A stretch of DNA of 64,000 nt from Candidatus Bathyarchaeum tardum. Lineage in GTDB: Archaea > Thermoproteota > Bathyarchaeia > Bathyarchaeales > Bathyarchaeaceae. Shown here piece by piece: positions 28,056 to 38,564 of the stretch (position 1 is its first letter; every line of letters starts with the position of its first letter). The notes below the pieces were generated by a model. The model had not been told where the DNA came from, did not search any database, and saw only the letters and a list, made by a program, of their open reading frames with translations. The stretch lies in contig CP122380.1 in the NCBI GenBank assembly GCA_024650005.2, forward strand, positions 1,088,001 to 1,152,000, written 5' to 3'. A program made the position numbers and the translations under genes.

Positions 28056-29660
28056 TTGAGGCGAGAACACGTTTTGGTGGATAAAGCCAAAGACTTGGGC
28101 AAAGTTTCAGCCAAAGGCGGATTTAACCTATTTTGGGGCATCGCTCTTTCTTCTGTGATTACCGCCTTGGGTATAATCCTGATTGGACGGGACCTAACAG
28201 GCGAACAAATGGGCTTAGTTTCTATTGTTTTGATTGCTCCTAATCTCATCAAGACCTTTCGTGACCTCGGAGTAGACCAAGCAACTATCAAATACGTTGC
28301 ACAGTATCGGGCTGAAGATAAATTAGACAAAGTTAAACAAATTATAGCTTCAGAAGTCCTGTTTGAATTCCTTGTTGGATTCGTGTTGTTTGCATGTTCT
28401 TTTTTGCTTTCAGGATTTTTTGCCCAAATTTACGACAGACCTGAAATCACTGGGCTGATTCAAATTGCATCCATCATCATTTTTGCAGAAGCCCTGATGA
28501 AAGCAGCTCAATCTGCTTTTACGGGTTACGAAAAAATGGGGTTATACAGCGCAATGCTGGTTGTGCAATCGGGGGTTAAAACTGGCTTGATGGTCTTGCT
28601 TGTAAAATTGGGCTATGGCGTATATGGTGCAACTTTAGGTGATGCTACATCCTATTTAGTTGCAGGAGCCCTTGGAATGATTGGTTTGTATTTTGCAGTT
28701 TATCGGGGCTTACACAAGTTTTCGGGACCGTTGCAGATAATTTCTACATTGAAGTCTATGTTTCGGTATGGAATCCCCGTGTCCATTGCATGGACTATTA
28801 ACGCTTTTTTAACACAGTTTTACAGTACCCTTTTAGCTATTTATAGTTCAGATTTAATCATGGGCAACTATTTCATTGCCTTGAGTTTTTCGGTTATCTT
28901 AACTTTCTTTGTGGTTCCCCTGAATACTATACTGTTTCCAGCCTTTTCTAAAATCAACCAGCAAACAGAGTCTGAACTCCTTAAAACAGTTTTTAGGTCG
29001 TCTGTAAAATACGCTACCCTGATTGTTGCACCTGCTACACTGGCGGTGATGGTTTTGGCGCAACCTGCAATTTACACCTTGTTTGGGGACAAATTTGAGT
29101 TTACTCCCCTGTATGTTGCCTTGTATGTGGCTATCTACTTGTACACTGCAATTGGCAGTTTAAGTGCAGGAAACGTAATCAACAGCCAAGGACGAACTGA
29201 AGTCAACCTCAAACTAACCCTGATAACCGCCGCAATGGGGTTATCCCTGAGTTTAATTTTGATTCCCCTGTTTGGCGTTATTGGGCTATTGGCTACTTAC
29301 CTTGTTGCTGGAATCCCCAGCACCCTTCTAGCCCTTTGGTGGATAAACAAACATTACAACGCCAGCATCGATTACTTATCATCAGCAAAAATTCTGAGTG
29401 CATCCACAGCAAGCGCAGCAGTAACTTTTCTTGTAATTTCTCAACTCCAGCAAGCCAGCTGGATAAACCTCATACTGGGGGCAGTGGTATTTGTTGCCGT
29501 GTTCCTTTTTATGGCGCCTCTGTTTAGGGCAATCAACAGAACAGACATCCAATATCTCAAAGAAACAATAAACGCCCTTGGGCCACTTTCAAAAATCTTG
29601 AACATTCCGTTTACTATATTAGAAAAACTAACAAACATATTCCAACCCAGTAATAAGTAG
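28056..29660 (+). CDS. oligosaccharide flippase (Wzx family), paralog of 54144..55733
   Basis: About 14 TM segments; FRDLGV, MGNYFIA, LFPAFSK and IPLFGVIG motifs. Confidence 0.88.
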   Translation: MRREHVLVDKAKDLGKVSAKGGFNLFWGIALSSVITALGIILIGRDLTGEQMGLVSIVLIAPNLIKTFRDLGVDQATIKYVAQYRAEDKLDKVKQIIASEVLFEFLVGFVLFACSFLLSGFFAQIYDRPEITGLIQIASIIIFAEALMKAAQSAFTGYEKMGLYSAMLVVQSGVKTGLMVLLVKLGYGVYGATLGDATSYLVAGALGMIGLYFAVYRGLHKFSGPLQIISTLKSMFRYGIPVSIAWTINAFLTQFYSTLLAIYSSDLIMGNYFIALSFSVILTFFVVPLNTILFPAFSKINQQTESELLKTVFRSSVKYATLIVAPATLAVMVLAQPAIYTLFGDKFEFTPLYVALYVAIYLYTAIGSLSAGNVINSQGRTEVNLKLTLITAAMGLSLSLILIPLFGVIGLLATYLVAGIPSTLLALWWINKHYNASIDYLSSAKILSASTASAAVTFLVISQLQQASWINLILGAVVFVAVFLFMAPLFRAINRTDIQYLKETINALGPLSKILNIPFTILEKLTNIFQPSNK

Positions 29661-29779
29661 TTTTTCTATAAAACTTTTGCAGATTGTATATCAAACTTCG
29701 TACGTTTACAAAGATTAAAGAGTGCAATATCTTTGATTTTTGTCAAATGCTTTTAGCTATGTGTTGTTAACCTAGGTGT

Positions 29780-30292
29780 ATGGTGGCTGATGTGGCTAAA
29801 TTCACTGTTGTTTCTGCAAAGTTGCCTGTAGACCTTTATCAAGAACTAGCCTTACGGATTCCCGAAGGAGATCGAAGCAACTTTATCCGGGAAGCGATAT
29901 TTGAAAAACTTGAGCAAACTCCCCGGGCAAACAAATTATTGGAACTTGAAAATAACATTATTCAACTCACAAAAACAGTTAACACTATTAAAAACAGCTT
30001 AGCCAAACTTGAGATTTTAGCCCATGAATCTGGAAAAACAAATCCATACGTTTTTTGTGTGGACAGCATCGACCGCAAACTTGTAACTTTTCTTATCGAC
30101 TACAGGGGTGCCACGACCCCTGAAATTGCTGAACACCTAGAAACTAACAGGTGGCTTGTATTAAACAGGTTACGTAAACTTGAAAAAACGTCCAAAAATC
30201 AACTGGGAAAACCAATTGTCGAATACTACGCTGGACAAAGAAATGGTAAATGCAAAGCATGGTGGATAAACGAAGACCTAATAGAAACATGA
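29780..30292 (+). CDS. putative RHH + coiled-coil + wHTH DNA-binding protein
   Basis: N-terminal VVSAKLP..LY..L...RSNFIREAI (RHH pattern); C-terminal GATTPEIAEHL...VLNRLRKL (HTH pattern). Confidence 0.7.
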   Translation: MVADVAKFTVVSAKLPVDLYQELALRIPEGDRSNFIREAIFEKLEQTPRANKLLELENNIIQLTKTVNTIKNSLAKLEILAHESGKTNPYVFCVDSIDRKLVTFLIDYRGATTPEIAEHLETNRWLVLNRLRKLEKTSKNQLGKPIVEYYAGQRNGKCKAWWINEDLIET

Positions 30293-30365
30293 CCTACAGC
30301 TTGTTGTATGGAACTGCTGTAACAATCCTTATTTTATAGAACATGACTGAACCAATGAACACAAA

Positions 30366-30465
30366 GGGTCCGTAGCCCAGCCAGGATTAAGGCGTCGAAC
30401 CTCAATAAAGGTGTGCAAGCCTCCGAAGCCGGAAATCCGGGGTTCAAATCCCCGCGGACCCGCCA
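30366..30465 (+). tRNA. tRNA-Arg(CCG) with 21-nt intron at position 29/30 (30398-30418), CCA encoded
   Basis: Acceptor GGGTCCG/CGGACCC, T arm CGGGG-TTCAAAT-CCCCG, anticodon stem TCG^GC/GCCGG with loop CT-CCG-AA, and a BHB motif at the intron ends. Confidence 0.93.
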
Positions 30466-30510
30466 ATTTTAGCTCAGCTATTTAGTGGAATACATAATTA
30501 GATGCAACTT

Positions 30511-30693
30511 TTATTGTGTTTGTGTTTTTGTTGCGTTTATTTTTTCGATTTCTTCTGTTCTTTTTCTAACTGATTCTGCAACAAATTCTGTTACGCTTCT
30601 GTAGCCTAGGTCGGTTCTGGTTTTTACTAAATTTTTTACTTTTAAATAAAGTCCTGAAGGAAGATTAACAGAGTCGTATCCTTTTACTGGCAT
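30511..30693 (-). CDS. small ribbon-helix-helix protein
   Basis: 60 aa; YDSVNLP..LY..V...GYRSVTEFVAESVR pattern. Confidence 0.75.
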   Translation of the reverse strand: MPVKGYDSVNLPSGLYLKVKNLVKTRTDLGYRSVTEFVAESVRKRTEEIEKINATKTQTQ

Positions 30694-31040
30694 TTTACCG
30701 TCACAAATGCGAAAATGTTTGATGGCCTTTAATAGTTTTACTGTATCCTTGTCGTCAGTTTGACTTAGATTTAATTGGTGAAAACAAACAATAGATCGCA
30801 GAAAAGAAATAAATGGAAATGATAATCAGCAACATTTGCTGAATTAGAAAAGACTTGTAAAAACTAGGGAAAATCATTGGAGCAACTTTTTAGTTCAATC
30901 TGTTCTCTTTTTTGTTTTTCTCATGAAAACCTTTAAAAATGTTGTAATAAAACGGAGTTTTAGAAAGAACTTGAGCGTTGGGCTCAGGAACAATTTAATA
31001 GTTCTTTCAATTCATGTCATAATGATGTTGGTGTAAAGCC

Positions 31041-31613
31041 ATGGCTGAAATAGGATTAAGACCAAGAATGTTAGTCAAAGATGTAATGAGCAGCCCTGCA
31101 GTAACAACTCCTGAAGATACTACTGTGGACAAAACAGCACAACTAATGAGCAGTGACCGTTTAGGCTGTATTATAGTAACAAGCAAGGATGGAAAAGCTC
31201 TCGGGATAATAACTGAACGTGATCTGGTAACACGGGTTTTAGCTAAAAACCTTAAACCTAGCAAATTAACTGCTAAAGAAGTCATGTCAACACCCCTAAT
31301 CACAGTAGACCCTGAGGAAAAACTAACTGAAACTGCTCGTCGAATGAGTAAACTTGACATCCGAAGAATGGGTGTAGTATACAAAGGAAATCTAGTGGGA
31401 ATCATTTCAAGCAGAGATATTTTGGCAATAACTCCTGAACTTTTAGAAAACATGCAAGAAAAAGCTCGAATAGAACGAGATGTAGAGTTGGATGAAAACG
31501 ATTCAGAATCAAATCCTTCAGCAGGATACTGTGAACAATGCGGAAGCTGGTCAGAAAACTTGGATGAAATTGATGGAACATACCTTTGTGAAGACTGCCA
31601 AATGGATCTCTAA
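31041..31613 (+). CDS. CBS-pair protein with C-terminal Zn-ribbon
   Basis: VKDVMS, GIITERD and GIISSRD motifs; C-terminal CEQC...CEDC. Confidence 0.88.
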   Translation: MAEIGLRPRMLVKDVMSSPAVTTPEDTTVDKTAQLMSSDRLGCIIVTSKDGKALGIITERDLVTRVLAKNLKPSKLTAKEVMSTPLITVDPEEKLTETARRMSKLDIRRMGVVYKGNLVGIISSRDILAITPELLENMQEKARIERDVELDENDSESNPSAGYCEQCGSWSENLDEIDGTYLCEDCQMDL

Positions 31614-31761
31614 AGATTTGTACGTTTGTTCGGGTTAATCCTAAATGGATCTTCAGTAAAACGGATGTATAAGCGTCCGAGCTTTGTTTTATTTTTTTTA
31701 TTATTTGATTTGCCTGTACGCTTATAACATCTGTAATCGATAATTCTTTGAAGGTTTAATC

Positions 31762-33093
31762 GTGACAATCGACACTGTGCTTTACAATTGCAAACTTTAT
31801 TTTGGTGGGGAACTAATCGAAGCCGGAATCGGAATTGATGGCGGAAAAATTGTCAAAATTGCTAAAGATTTGAACCTTCCTAATGGGTCAACAAGAATCA
31901 ATCTGAACGGCAACATAATTCTTCCCGGATTAATTGATGGTCACGTCCATTTGCGTGATCAACAATTGGCATATAAAGAAACCTTCAAAACTGGGACTGC
32001 TGCTGCAGCCGCTGGAGGTGTAACTTCTGTAATCGATATGCCTAACAACAACCCTGTTACAATGGATTCTTTTTCCCTTAAACAGCGAATGAAATTAGCA
32101 GAAAACCAATTACTAGTAAACGTTGGTTTCAATTCAGCTTTTCCTAAAGACATTAATGAAATACCGAAAATTGTTGAAATGGGGGGCAAAGGCTTCAAAG
32201 TCTATTTAGCTGGAAAAATAGGAGGCGTTAACGTTGATGATGATCAGTCGTTAGTTAATGCTTTTCAGGTAGCTTCAGAAAACGGTGCTCTAATTTTGAT
32301 TCATGCAGAAGATCGTGAAATAATTCAAACCAAAAAAAAGGAATTTGAAGTTTCAGGGCAATCGAATTTGATGTCTTATGTTAAATCCCATTCTCCATTG
32401 GCTGAAGCGAAATCAATACGACGCATTGTTTCGATAATAAAAAGATTTGATATCTCTGTTCATTTTTGTCATGTAAGTTCCAGGTTAGGTCTTGATGTAA
32501 TTCTGGACGCAAAGAAAGCAGGATTGCCCGTAACTTGTGAAGTCACTCCTCATAATTTGTTTCTTTCTGATGAACAATATGCTGTTTTTGGCAGTCTTGC
32601 CCTCACGGATCCTCCTTTGCGACAACAAAAGGATGTAGCAAGCTTACAGACTGCTGTTAAGCATGGTTTAGTTGATATAATTGCTTCGGATCATGCCCCT
32701 CATGCTTTTACTGAAAAAAAAGCAGATTCGATATGGCAAGTTCCACCTGGTGTACCTGGACTAGAGACTACTTTGGTGCTTTTATTAAATAGGATAAACC
32801 AAGGACAACTGTCTTTTGCTGAACTTGTTAGATGTACAGCTCAACGGCCTGCAGTAATATTTCGATTGTCTAACCGGGGTAACATAAAGGAAGGAAATTG
32901 GGCGGACCTTGTAGTAGTCGACATGAAAATGAAACATAAAATTGATTCTTCTTTGTTTTTTTCAAAAGCAAAATATTCTCCTTTTGATGATCTCCAAGTT
33001 AAAGGCAAGCCTACAAAAACTTTTGTAAATGGAATTTTAGTTATGGATGACGGACAAATAGTTACGAAAGTTCATCCTGGAAAGCTGTTATAA
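31762..33093 (+). CDS. pyrC: dihydroorotase (amidohydrolase family)
   Basis: PGLIDGHVHLRD, DMPN, HAED, CEVTPH and SDHAPH motifs. Confidence 0.85.
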   Translation: MTIDTVLYNCKLYFGGELIEAGIGIDGGKIVKIAKDLNLPNGSTRINLNGNIILPGLIDGHVHLRDQQLAYKETFKTGTAAAAAGGVTSVIDMPNNNPVTMDSFSLKQRMKLAENQLLVNVGFNSAFPKDINEIPKIVEMGGKGFKVYLAGKIGGVNVDDDQSLVNAFQVASENGALILIHAEDREIIQTKKKEFEVSGQSNLMSYVKSHSPLAEAKSIRRIVSIIKRFDISVHFCHVSSRLGLDVILDAKKAGLPVTCEVTPHNLFLSDEQYAVFGSLALTDPPLRQQKDVASLQTAVKHGLVDIIASDHAPHAFTEKKADSIWQVPPGVPGLETTLVLLLNRINQGQLSFAELVRCTAQRPAVIFRLSNRGNIKEGNWADLVVVDMKMKHKIDSSLFFSKAKYSPFDDLQVKGKPTKTFVNGILVMDDGQIVTKVHPGKLL

Positions 33094-33325
33094 CCCTATT
33101 TTTTGAGTTAGTTTTTATAGAATTATCTTCTATTTTTTTGCTCTATAAAATGGTTTCCTGATTGTTTATATATTTACTCCGAGTTATTCAATTTAACGTA
33201 AAAACCAGTGAAATGTGATCCTTGTCTGCTCCAATCAGGAGAGATTTCCGAGGATACGACATCTTTCCTGTTTTGAATTCTTGGTTATTTTTTTATTAAT
33301 TAATTTTGTGAGTTTGTGTGCCAAA

Positions 33326-33700
33326 ATGGGTAAACATAGAAGCCGTTTAAGAATAGTAGCAAAAATTCTTTCTGTAGTTGATTCTAACAACGGGGCAAAG
33401 AAAACCCAAATAATGTACCAAGCTTACTTAAGTTACAGTCTACTAGTTCAATACTTAAATGACGTAACTGAATCTGGATTAATTATTTGTGGAAAAAAGA
33501 ATTGTTACGAAATTACTCCCAAAGGGAAAAAATTTTTAACAAAGTTTAATGAATATGCCAAATCCCAAGCAAATGTTACACAGCAATTAAACTACATTGA
33601 ACATCAAAGGAAGTCATTAGAAAAAATGTGCCCTAACACTGAATTATCAACTGGTAACGATTCCCCTTTACTAAAAGTTGTCAAACAAGAGGCAAAATAG
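33326..33700 (+). CDS. winged-helix regulator (HTH_45-like) heading the polysaccharide locus
   Basis: RSRLRIVAKIL...KKTQIMYQAYLSY...YEITPKG pattern. Start moved to the ATG at 33326. Confidence 0.82.
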   Translation: MGKHRSRLRIVAKILSVVDSNNGAKKTQIMYQAYLSYSLLVQYLNDVTESGLIICGKKNCYEITPKGKKFLTKFNEYAKSQANVTQQLNYIEHQRKSLEKMCPNTELSTGNDSPLLKVVKQEAK

Positions 33701-33712
33701 GAGTTAACATAA

Positions 33713-34306
33713 ATGGTTTCTAAATCAAAAATTCTAATAGTTTCAATTTTAATAATTAGCGTAACCCTAGTTTGGTTAATTGCACCCTTTCTAAGCAATC
33801 TATTCGCTACAAGTAATGAACCTTTTTCTGAACTCTGGCTCTTAGGTCCTGAACGTACCGCAGAAAATTATCCACATGATATTACTTCGAATCAAGAATA
33901 CACTGTTTATTTAGGTGCTAGCAACCAATTAAATGAAGATGCAGAGTATTCTATCCATGTTAAATTGAGTGATGGCATTAAACAGCTCCTCAATTCAACT
34001 GCCGCTGAATATAGTTTATTGCCTTCTATTCGCGCTTTTGATTTTAGTCTTTCTGATGAAGAAACTTGGGAAACCAGATTTGTTTTTGCTTTAGATTATA
34101 GCCTGATTCAGGAAAACCTTACTCGAATTGAAAATATAAAAATTAATGGGGCAACTTTTTCAGTCAATCAAAACATACTTTTGGATCCCCGTCTAGATTC
34201 ATTTTATATAATTTTGGTTTTTGAGCTCTGGTCTAACAATGGAACAGATAATACACTTCAGTATACTAACCAACATCTTCAACTATTTTTAAAATTGGAT
34301 AGTTGA
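33713..34306 (+). CDS. DUF1616-like membrane-anchored protein
   Basis: N-terminal TM; EPFSELWLLGP...NYP motif. Confidence 0.72.
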   Translation: MVSKSKILIVSILIISVTLVWLIAPFLSNLFATSNEPFSELWLLGPERTAENYPHDITSNQEYTVYLGASNQLNEDAEYSIHVKLSDGIKQLLNSTAAEYSLLPSIRAFDFSLSDEETWETRFVFALDYSLIQENLTRIENIKINGATFSVNQNILLDPRLDSFYIILVFELWSNNGTDNTLQYTNQHLQLFLKLDS

Positions 34307-34387
34307 TTATGTTGTTTTTTCTAATTATGCATTTGAAAATATTTTTTGAGATAAAATTATTCGATTAAGTTCCGAGCAACAGTTTGG

Positions 34388-35398
34388 GTGGTTTATTTGC
34401 AGACAAGAAAATTGAAAGTTGGTGTTGTTGGATTAGGTAAAATGGGGCTGCTTCATGCAAGTATATTGAACACTTTGCCCAATGTTGAGCTTACTGCATT
34501 ATGTGAGAAAAGTACCCTTATTCGGAAAATGTGTAAAAAATTATTCAAGGACCTTCACGTAGTGGCAGATATCGAGAATCTTTCTGATTTAGGTTTGGAC
34601 GTCGTTTATGTAACAACTCCTATTCCATCCCATTTTGTTGTTACTAAAAACATCTACTCAAACAAAATTGCGCAAAATGTGTTTATTGAAAAACCTCTTG
34701 CCAAGAATTATGATGAATCAAGCAATTTGTGTAAGTTAGCAAAATCTTTTGGGGGTTTCAACATGGTCGGTTACATGAAAAGGTTTGCTGTTACTTTCAG
34801 GAAAGCTAAAGACTTGTTGGACAACCAGATATTGGGCGATTTAGCTAGTTTTGATGCTTATGCTTATTCTTCTGATTTTTTTGGAACTGACAAAAATTCG
34901 AAAGCTTGTACAGCTAGGGGAGGTGTTTTGAGGGATTTAGGTGCCCATGTTATTGATCTTTCACTTTGGTTCTTTGGGGACTTAGAAGTTGTTTATTCTA
35001 AACCTGAGCAATCTAGTGATTTTTGTTCAGATACCCCTTTAATGTTTAACGTTAAACGTTCTGATGGTTTAGAAGGGCAATTCAATGTTTCATGGTTTAA
35101 ACCAAATTATAGAATGCCTGAATTCGGTCTACATATCACGGGTTCTGATGGCATTATGTCTGTAAATGATGACCAAGTCCAGCTAAAGTTACAAAATAAT
35201 GAACCTGTAAGCTGGTATCGTCATGATCTAAAAGATAATGTAGGTTTTCAGTTAGGTGGGCCTGAATACTACCGTGAAGATGAATATTTTGTTAAATCAC
35301 TATTAGATGCTCGTAAGGTAACACCGGATTTTCATGATGCCGCTAAAGTTGATTACATTATTGACCGTGTAAAATTTGGAGATGAAATTAATGACTAA
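34388..35398 (+). CDS. Gfo/Idh/MocA oxidoreductase
   Basis: GVVGLGKMG, EKP and GGVLRDLGAHVID motifs. Confidence 0.9.
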   Translation: MVYLQTRKLKVGVVGLGKMGLLHASILNTLPNVELTALCEKSTLIRKMCKKLFKDLHVVADIENLSDLGLDVVYVTTPIPSHFVVTKNIYSNKIAQNVFIEKPLAKNYDESSNLCKLAKSFGGFNMVGYMKRFAVTFRKAKDLLDNQILGDLASFDAYAYSSDFFGTDKNSKACTARGGVLRDLGAHVIDLSLWFFGDLEVVYSKPEQSSDFCSDTPLMFNVKRSDGLEGQFNVSWFKPNYRMPEFGLHITGSDGIMSVNDDQVQLKLQNNEPVSWYRHDLKDNVGFQLGGPEYYREDEYFVKSLLDARKVTPDFHDAAKVDYIIDRVKFGDEIND

Positions 35399-36308
35399 CA
35401 GCCGAAAAAGATTGTTTTTGGTTGGAGATAATGCATTTCATGGAATTAGTCATCTTTCTCAGGATAATGCTAGAAGTAGGGGCAATTCAATTAACTCTCC
35501 CGAGTTCGCTGCTGACCTAGTTATGACTTCTCTTGAGAATGAAGCCAATGGTTTCATGTTTTCGGTAAGTGAGACAACTCTTACAATACTTAAGATAATA
35601 CATGAAAAAGACCCTGAAAGCCGTCCAGAACTTTACGCTCTTGTACCTTACGCTTTTGAGTATGTTCGACAAGCAACTCAGATAGGAATTTCTGGTTTAG
35701 CAAAAAATTTTACAAAACAGATAGCTCGTTCAGGAAATATTGGAGCAACTGCAATGGGGTTAAAAGGTGTTCTTCGCATGGATCCGGTAACTCTTTTAAA
35801 AACTTATGTTTTGTATGAAATTTCTCGGATAAAATCTGCAGCAGGTAAACAGGCTAACATTGCATCAATCGTGCTTCATGAACTAATAACCGATATTGGG
35901 CTTGCTTTAAGTTTAGATTGGCTCTTCAAGTCATTTATCGAATTCATGGTTAACCAAGGGATAAAGCCTGGATTTAACACTAGGAATTTTGCCTATCTCG
36001 TAAAAAAGTTTGATGAATGGAACATAAATTTCAATGATGTAATAATTGCTGCACCATTCAATAAAGTAGGTTTCCAAATGGATCCCTCTAAAGATGAGTG
36101 CGAAAGAGCCTTAGCCTCGGTTGATAATGGTAATGTGATAGCAATCAGCATTTTGGCAGCGGGATACCTCGCTCCTCTGGATGCGATAGAATATGTTCAG
36201 AGTTTGCCTAACATACTCGGTGTGGCGGTTGGTGTATCAAAAGAAAAACATGCGTTTGAAACATTTAACTTTTTTAAAAAAAATTTGACTCAAAACCGTT
36301 TTTTTTAA
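35391..36308 (+). CDS. conserved hypothetical protein (TIM-barrel/aldo-keto-reductase-like by inference)
   Basis: GDNAFHGISHLS, PFNKVGFQM and ISILAAGYL; overlaps the upstream oxidoreductase gene. Confidence 0.65.
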   Translation: MTNSRKRLFLVGDNAFHGISHLSQDNARSRGNSINSPEFAADLVMTSLENEANGFMFSVSETTLTILKIIHEKDPESRPELYALVPYAFEYVRQATQIGISGLAKNFTKQIARSGNIGATAMGLKGVLRMDPVTLLKTYVLYEISRIKSAAGKQANIASIVLHELITDIGLALSLDWLFKSFIEFMVNQGIKPGFNTRNFAYLVKKFDEWNINFNDVIIAAPFNKVGFQMDPSKDECERALASVDNGNVIAISILAAGYLAPLDAIEYVQSLPNILGVAVGVSKEKHAFETFNFFKKNLTQNRFF

Positions 36309-36339
36309 AAATGTTTTATTTTGTAAATAATTTTTCTAT

Positions 36340-37545
36340 GTGTTAAAAGTTACGGATATATTTTCATATGGTTGGTTGAATTTGGTCTTATTTTTATGGT
36401 TATTTTTAGCTTTGATTTTTGTAGGTATTCCAACTGCCTACCACCAATACATGAAACATCAAGCTGCTAAACCTTGGTTGTTGAACATTGACACGAATTA
36501 TCGACCCTCAGTAAGCATAATCGTCCCTATGAGCAATGAAGAGAAAACAGTTAAATTGAAATTAAAAAACTTGTTCAACGTTAATTATCCTGTTGAAAAA
36601 GTCCAAATTATCATCGTTAATGATGGTTCAACAGATTCTACCTTAGATAAAGTTCACGACTTTGTGAATTCAAATCACAGGTTTGATACTCGAATATTTT
36701 CGAACGATCAGCGAATCGGAAAGTGTAATTCTATGAATCACGTGCTAAAACATACAACCGGTGAAATTATCGTTGTATCTGATGCCGATTGCTTCTTGGA
36801 TTCAGAAATTCTTGTTAATGCCCTTCCATATCTTTCTGACCCCAATGTTGCTGCAATAGCCGGAAAAGAAAGACTTCTTAATTTTAAACACACTTGGATA
36901 ACTAGGGGCGAATTAGTTTACAATGATTTTGTTCAAACTCTAAGAGTTGGAGAATCAAAAACTGGGTCAACAATTTTTTTTCAAGGTGGCTTTTCAGCTT
37001 ATAAAAAGTCCTGCCTTGAGGAATTCAATAATGAAACCGATGACTCTGGAACAGCATTAGACCTTGTCCAAAAAGGAAAAAGAGCAATTCTGCTTAGTGA
37101 TGCTGTTTTTTACACAACTTTTCCCACTCAATGGAAAAGCAAAGTTGATATAAAAATACGAAGAGCGAATCAGTTGCAAAAAATCTGGATGAAGTGCTTA
37201 AAATTATTTTTTCAAAGAAAACTAAAGCTTCCGAGAAGTGTTTTTGTTCCTGAAATTTACTTGCACCTTTTTGCTCCCCTTGTATTTGTAATGTTTATTT
37301 TAGTTTCTTGCATTCTTGTCATTAATATCCCCCTTCTGTTACCATTTTTTGTATTTTTTTTATTAGCTGTGGTTGTGGCTCCAAAAACTCGTTTCTTGCT
37401 AGTCGAAATGCTTCAAAATAATTTAATTCTTTTAGTTTCAATGCTTTTGCTTTTTTCCAAAGGTAAATTCAAAATCTGGAAAACTTCTGATGATTCACGT
37501 TCGCTTCTAACTGAAGAGATGCTTCATAAAAAGAATTTGATATGA
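36340..37545 (+). CDS. membrane-bound GT2 glycosyltransferase
   Basis: VNDGSTD, DAD and TDD motifs with N- and C-terminal TM segments. Confidence 0.88.
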   Translation: MLKVTDIFSYGWLNLVLFLWLFLALIFVGIPTAYHQYMKHQAAKPWLLNIDTNYRPSVSIIVPMSNEEKTVKLKLKNLFNVNYPVEKVQIIIVNDGSTDSTLDKVHDFVNSNHRFDTRIFSNDQRIGKCNSMNHVLKHTTGEIIVVSDADCFLDSEILVNALPYLSDPNVAAIAGKERLLNFKHTWITRGELVYNDFVQTLRVGESKTGSTIFFQGGFSAYKKSCLEEFNNETDDSGTALDLVQKGKRAILLSDAVFYTTFPTQWKSKVDIKIRRANQLQKIWMKCLKLFFQRKLKLPRSVFVPEIYLHLFAPLVFVMFILVSCILVINIPLLLPFFVFFLLAVVVAPKTRFLLVEMLQNNLILLVSMLLLFSKGKFKIWKTSDDSRSLLTEEMLHKKNLI

Positions 37546-37596
37546 TATTGTGTGCTCTGTAATGTCCAAGAATTGTGTTATTAGTTGGTGTAACAT

Positions 37597-38484
37597 GTGA
37601 CCAAACCTTTTGTTACTATCGGTGTTTGTGTAAAAAATGGAATGCCCACTCTGTCTGAGGCAATTGATAGTATAATTCATCAAGATTATCCTCATGAGTT
37701 TATGGAAGTAATTTTTGTTGATGATGGTAGTGAAGATGAAACTCTTAGCTTAATCAATAATTATGCTCCAAAGATGGGAATAAAAACAAAAATATTTCAT
37801 CATGACTGGAAAGGGCTCGGTTACACCCGTAATATTGTAGTAAAAAACAGTGAAGGGGATTTTATTATTTGGGTTGACGCTGATATGTTTTTACCAAAAA
37901 ACTATGTTAGTAAACTTGTTGAGTTCATAATTAATCACCCTATGGTCGCTATCGTAAAAGGTAAACAAGCTTTAGCTTCTGGAAAAAATCTTCTTGGGAC
38001 CCTAGAAGTATATTCTCGTGCCGCCAGTAGAATGGTAGATTATACATCAGAAGCTGCTAAATTCAAATCTCTGGGAACTGGCGGTGCAATATACCGTGTT
38101 GAAGCATTGCACCAGGCTGGCGGTTTTAATGATCGTATAACTGGATATGGAGAAGATTTTGATTTAGAATATAAAATCAGAAAATTTGGTTGGGGGCTTT
38201 CAACCACTAATGTTCAATTCAGTGACTATGAACGAGGTAATGTATCCCCCAAAGACCTCTGGAACCGATACATGAAACGAGGCTATGATTCGCGAATATT
38301 CGCATCCGAACAGAATAAATTGGTAAGATTTTACACAATGTCTCCTCCTGCAGCTTTTCTTGTTGGACTTTTTCATTCATTTAAAATATACAAAAAAACT
38401 GCAAGAAAAACAGCCTTTTTGTTGCCTTTGCAGTATGTTTTTAAGATGAGTGCTTGGTGTGTGGGTTTCACAAAATCTCGATAA
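37597..38484 (+). CDS. GT2 glycosyltransferase
   Basis: VDDGSED, RN, VDAD and GED motifs. Confidence 0.9.
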   Translation: MTKPFVTIGVCVKNGMPTLSEAIDSIIHQDYPHEFMEVIFVDDGSEDETLSLINNYAPKMGIKTKIFHHDWKGLGYTRNIVVKNSEGDFIIWVDADMFLPKNYVSKLVEFIINHPMVAIVKGKQALASGKNLLGTLEVYSRAASRMVDYTSEAAKFKSLGTGGAIYRVEALHQAGGFNDRITGYGEDFDLEYKIRKFGWGLSTTNVQFSDYERGNVSPKDLWNRYMKRGYDSRIFASEQNKLVRFYTMSPPAAFLVGLFHSFKIYKKTARKTAFLLPLQYVFKMSAWCVGFTKSR

Positions 38485-38564
38485 ACTTCAAAGTATTTGA
38501 CCTGAACTTGGTTTTTATTGCTTTTCTTTCTGGACTATTGAACTTTATTGTGGGGTTGCAATGC

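Noticed and set aside
30440-30700. tRNA 3' end as the integration site of an island
   Set aside because: I noticed no duplicate of the tRNA 3' end and no integrase in the window.
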